Positions 61,502-64,000 of a stretch of 64,000 nucleotides of DNA are shown here, piece by piece. Origin of the DNA: Chamaesiphon sp. (GTDB taxonomy: Bacteria; Cyanobacteriota; Cyanobacteriia; Cyanobacteriales; Chamaesiphonaceae); assembly GCA_965246715.1 (NCBI GenBank), contig CBDFFH010000037.1:64001-128000 (forward strand). The letters run 5' to 3'. A program made the position numbers and the translations under genes. Below the pieces are notes generated by a model, which saw nothing but the letters and a program-made list of their open reading frames with translations, had not been told where the DNA came from and made no database searches. How positions within the stretch are numbered: position 1 is the first letter of the stretch; each line of letters opens with the position of its first letter.

Positions 61502-63839
61502 TAGTCATGCTCCGATCGATTAATTTAGTCATGCTGCCAGTACCAACGATCGCGATCGTCGCTGGTATGAATGGTGCCCAGTATCCTGACTGTAATAAGC
61601 ATAGACAAGCCCCCGACCAGATCGCGATCGACCCAATCCCGATCGTACCCAAATATAACGGACGACGCACCGCGATCGCTAGTAATCCAGCACCCACAGC
61701 CAACCCCCAGATCGCCAGGAGATCTGCCCAGAATGGTAAACTGCGGATGAGCGGTCGTCCATCGATCGCCGCAGCTAGTAACTGACTGACCATTTGCGCT
61801 TGGACAACCACCCCTGGTATCGACTGAATTTCCCCGCGATCGCTCGTATAGGGTACTAATAAAGCATCGTGAAAACTCGGTGCGGTCGTACCGATCAGGA
61901 CGATCCGATCTTTGAAGGTATCCGCGCCGATCTGTCCGCTCAATACCTGTTGTAAAGTCACTCTGGGGGCAATGTCGATCGGATTTGGGGTCGCTCGATA
62001 ATTTAACAAAATCTGGTGTCCGAGTAGATCGCTCTGCTGATATCCGCCGCTGTGAGCTTCTAGCGGTGCGAATGTTAGTTTACCGAGCTGCCAAGTATCA
62101 TTGGGTAGGTATTCTAGCTTGATGCCTTTGGTGGCGAGGTAACGCAATGCTAATTGGACGCTTAAGGCATAGTGCGTCTTACATGGCGAGGCGGGAGCCG
62201 GATCGAGGGCTAGATAATGACGGCGGACGATCCGATCGGGATCGAGGAGCACATCGCTAAAACCAACATTATCTGTGGCTAGCTCTGGTGGCGGTGCCAC
62301 TCCTGGATCTCCGGCTTCAGCCGAGCTGACTTGGCAAATACCCACCAGCCGATCGCTAGTTTTTAACTGCTTGGTGAGGTCAGATTCGTTCTTACTGGCG
62401 GGATAGTCGCGATAGATATCCAAACCAATAGCAATCGGACGTGCGGGGGTTAATTTAGTTAATAATTTGCTTAAAGAGCGATCGGATAATGAACCCCGTC
62501 GCGGTTCGCGTTCGTAAGTCTGGGTCTGAAGATCGGCTTCAGTGACCGTGACGATCGCCATGCGCGGATCGGGCTTTTCGGTCGGACGCGATCGCATCAA
62601 GAGATCGAAAGTACTCAGTTCCCAAGGTTGGAGCATCCCTAAATAGCGGCAGCCGATGACACATCCAGTCACCGCGAGGCTGACACCGGATGCCAGTCTG
62701 ACGCGCTCCCAAAATTTGGGAGGTCGAGTGGGGACGATCGGCTGGGGTTGCGGCGCGATTTCTGGCTGTCCTTGTAAGCCTTGCCAAGTTAGTGTGGGAA
62801 TTGCTGGGTTCTGAAAGACGATCGGCAACCAACTAGCGGCGGGAAATTCGCCTTCTAAGCCCTGCAAACTCTCCCGCGCTTGACGAACGGCAAGATGTAG
62901 CGGTTCGCCAGCGACAAAAGCTCCAAGCAATTGCTTGAGAAATGCTTGCGCTACGCGATCGGGTACGGGGAGACGCATAACGATCGATTGGGGAAGATGC
63001 AATCGTCCTAGCTCATCAGCCAGTCCCAAACCATCGCAGGAATTAAAGATTGCCAATTGTAATCCATTGGCGATCGCCGCTGTAAATCCATGACACAATT
63101 CTTGCAAGGTCAAACTCTCATTAGCATTGAGATAAATTCGCCCTCGATCGCCCTCGGTTTTGCTGTGTCCGGCAAAGAATAAGATCTCCCAGGCTCGCTC
63201 CCGCAGATGGCTGTTAAGCTGTTCTCTAGTCGGTTCCTCCAGCAACACCAAATCTACATTCGGCAGTGTGGAGATTGCCAATCGATCGGTTGCGGTATCG
63301 ATGCCTTGCCGACATCCCAAAACCGCCAAAATTCTCACCCGATTTGTCGGGCGAGTGGGTGAGCCGATCGGTGCTGATGGACTGCTGACGACTAACTCGG
63401 CGTGAGAATAACGCTCGATAAAATCCCAACAATGCCAAGGGAGATGGTGCAATTGTCGATCGGTAGTTCGCAACAAAATTTCGACAGCTTCTTGGGGACG
63501 GATCGTTTCGCGTAACTTCTTATCGATCGGTTGAAACTCGCGCGCTCCCAGCCACTCTTGTAAAGCCAACTTTAGTTGTGCTTCGACTTTTTTACAATGC
63601 TCGACTTGCGCTAATGTCCCCGTCGTTACGGAAATCCGCTCTAAGACGATCCGCGCTAACCGTAAACTCCGATCGTAGTCCTGGTGCCATTGCGCCAATA
63701 GTTTGACTAACTCATCGGCTGCGGGTAATGCACCTCTAGCTTCCGTAAAAACTGCCGTATTGCCCTCGCTAATTTCCAGCAGGATCTGAAAACCTTGTGA
63801 CAGCGATCCAGTAAAAGTTAGCATTGCCCGCTTACTCAT
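61491..63839 (-). CDS. CHAT-like plus CHASE2 membrane sensor protein
   Basis: FFAGHS and FNSCDG; TM; GLDIYRD CHASE2; three C-terminal TMs. Confidence 0.9.
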   Translation of the reverse strand: MSKRAMLTFTGSLSQGFQILLEISEGNTAVFTEARGALPAADELVKLLAQWHQDYDRSLRLARIVLERISVTTGTLAQVEHCKKVEAQLKLALQEWLGAREFQPIDKKLRETIRPQEAVEILLRTTDRQLHHLPWHCWDFIERYSHAELVVSSPSAPIGSPTRPTNRVRILAVLGCRQGIDTATDRLAISTLPNVDLVLLEEPTREQLNSHLRERAWEILFFAGHSKTEGDRGRIYLNANESLTLQELCHGFTAAIANGLQLAIFNSCDGLGLADELGRLHLPQSIVMRLPVPDRVAQAFLKQLLGAFVAGEPLHLAVRQARESLQGLEGEFPAASWLPIVFQNPAIPTLTWQGLQGQPEIAPQPQPIVPTRPPKFWERVRLASGVSLAVTGCVIGCRYLGMLQPWELSTFDLLMRSRPTEKPDPRMAIVTVTEADLQTQTYEREPRRGSLSDRSLSKLLTKLTPARPIAIGLDIYRDYPASKNESDLTKQLKTSDRLVGICQVSSAEAGDPGVAPPPELATDNVGFSDVLLDPDRIVRRHYLALDPAPASPCKTHYALSVQLALRYLATKGIKLEYLPNDTWQLGKLTFAPLEAHSGGYQQSDLLGHQILLNYRATPNPIDIAPRVTLQQVLSGQIGADTFKDRIVLIGTTAPSFHDALLVPYTSDRGEIQSIPGVVVQAQMVSQLLAAAIDGRPLIRSLPFWADLLAIWGLAVGAGLLAIAVRRPLYLGTIGIGSIAIWSGACLCLLQSGYWAPFIPATIAIVGTGSMTKLIDRSMTNET

Positions 63840-64000
63840 AGCTCGAATCGCTCCGTCCGAGTTTCTCCACCACAGGCGATCTCCACCTGAAATGTTTCGC
63901 CCGCGTTCGCCCGAAATTGGAATTCGATAGTTTCGGTTTCCGTCGCGCTAGCTCGACCGATTTCATCCCCATCGGCGGTTAATAATCGCAACTGAGTCGA
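63836..64000 (-). CDS. DUF1822-like protein, C-terminal end (partial)
   Basis: QLRLL..DG..I..A.A....IEFQF....GETFQVEI......TERFEL; stop overlaps the CHASE2 start. Confidence 0.65.
   Translation of the reverse strand, partial: STQLRLLTADGDEIGRASATETETIEFQFRANAGETFQVEIACGGETRTERFEL

Noticed and set aside
1..64000. Extreme abundance of CGATCG
   Set aside because: Expected HIP1-type background in cyanobacteria, not specific to this locus

Overview
Cyanobacterial accessory region, very rich in CGATCG/HIP1-type sites. It looks Chamaesiphon-like and possibly plasmid-borne (both inference). It encodes four STAND NTPases: two HTH-NB-ARC-WD40 paralogs, an NB-ARC with a hypervariable 120-bp TPR array, and an NB-ARC-TPR. 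It also holds a C39 peptidase ABC exporter with two double-glycine-leader cargo proteins, two detoxification/tailoring-type operons, an outer-membrane/secreted protein operon, TA modules, many IS remnants (ISAs1, IS630, IS21, ISL3, IS5, ISAzo13-like), MITEs and a DUF1822-CHASE2-DUF928-TpsB-CHAT cluster. Main observations: (1) a probable amyloid-signalling NLR/Bell-domain pair sharing a 28-aa Asn/Gly-rich motif (17/28 identical); (2) a 78-bp direct-repeat promoter element present four times, each heading a plus-strand gene run, suggesting a regulon of a STAND-type transcription factor; (3) C2-domain-like folded proteins carrying bacteriocin-type leaders; (4) a family of 24-nt two-hairpin mini-insertions at CGAT^CG sites, with a filled/empty site pair in paralogous genes. 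No rRNA, tRNA or CRISPR array was seen. Family assignments come from motif recognition, not database searches.
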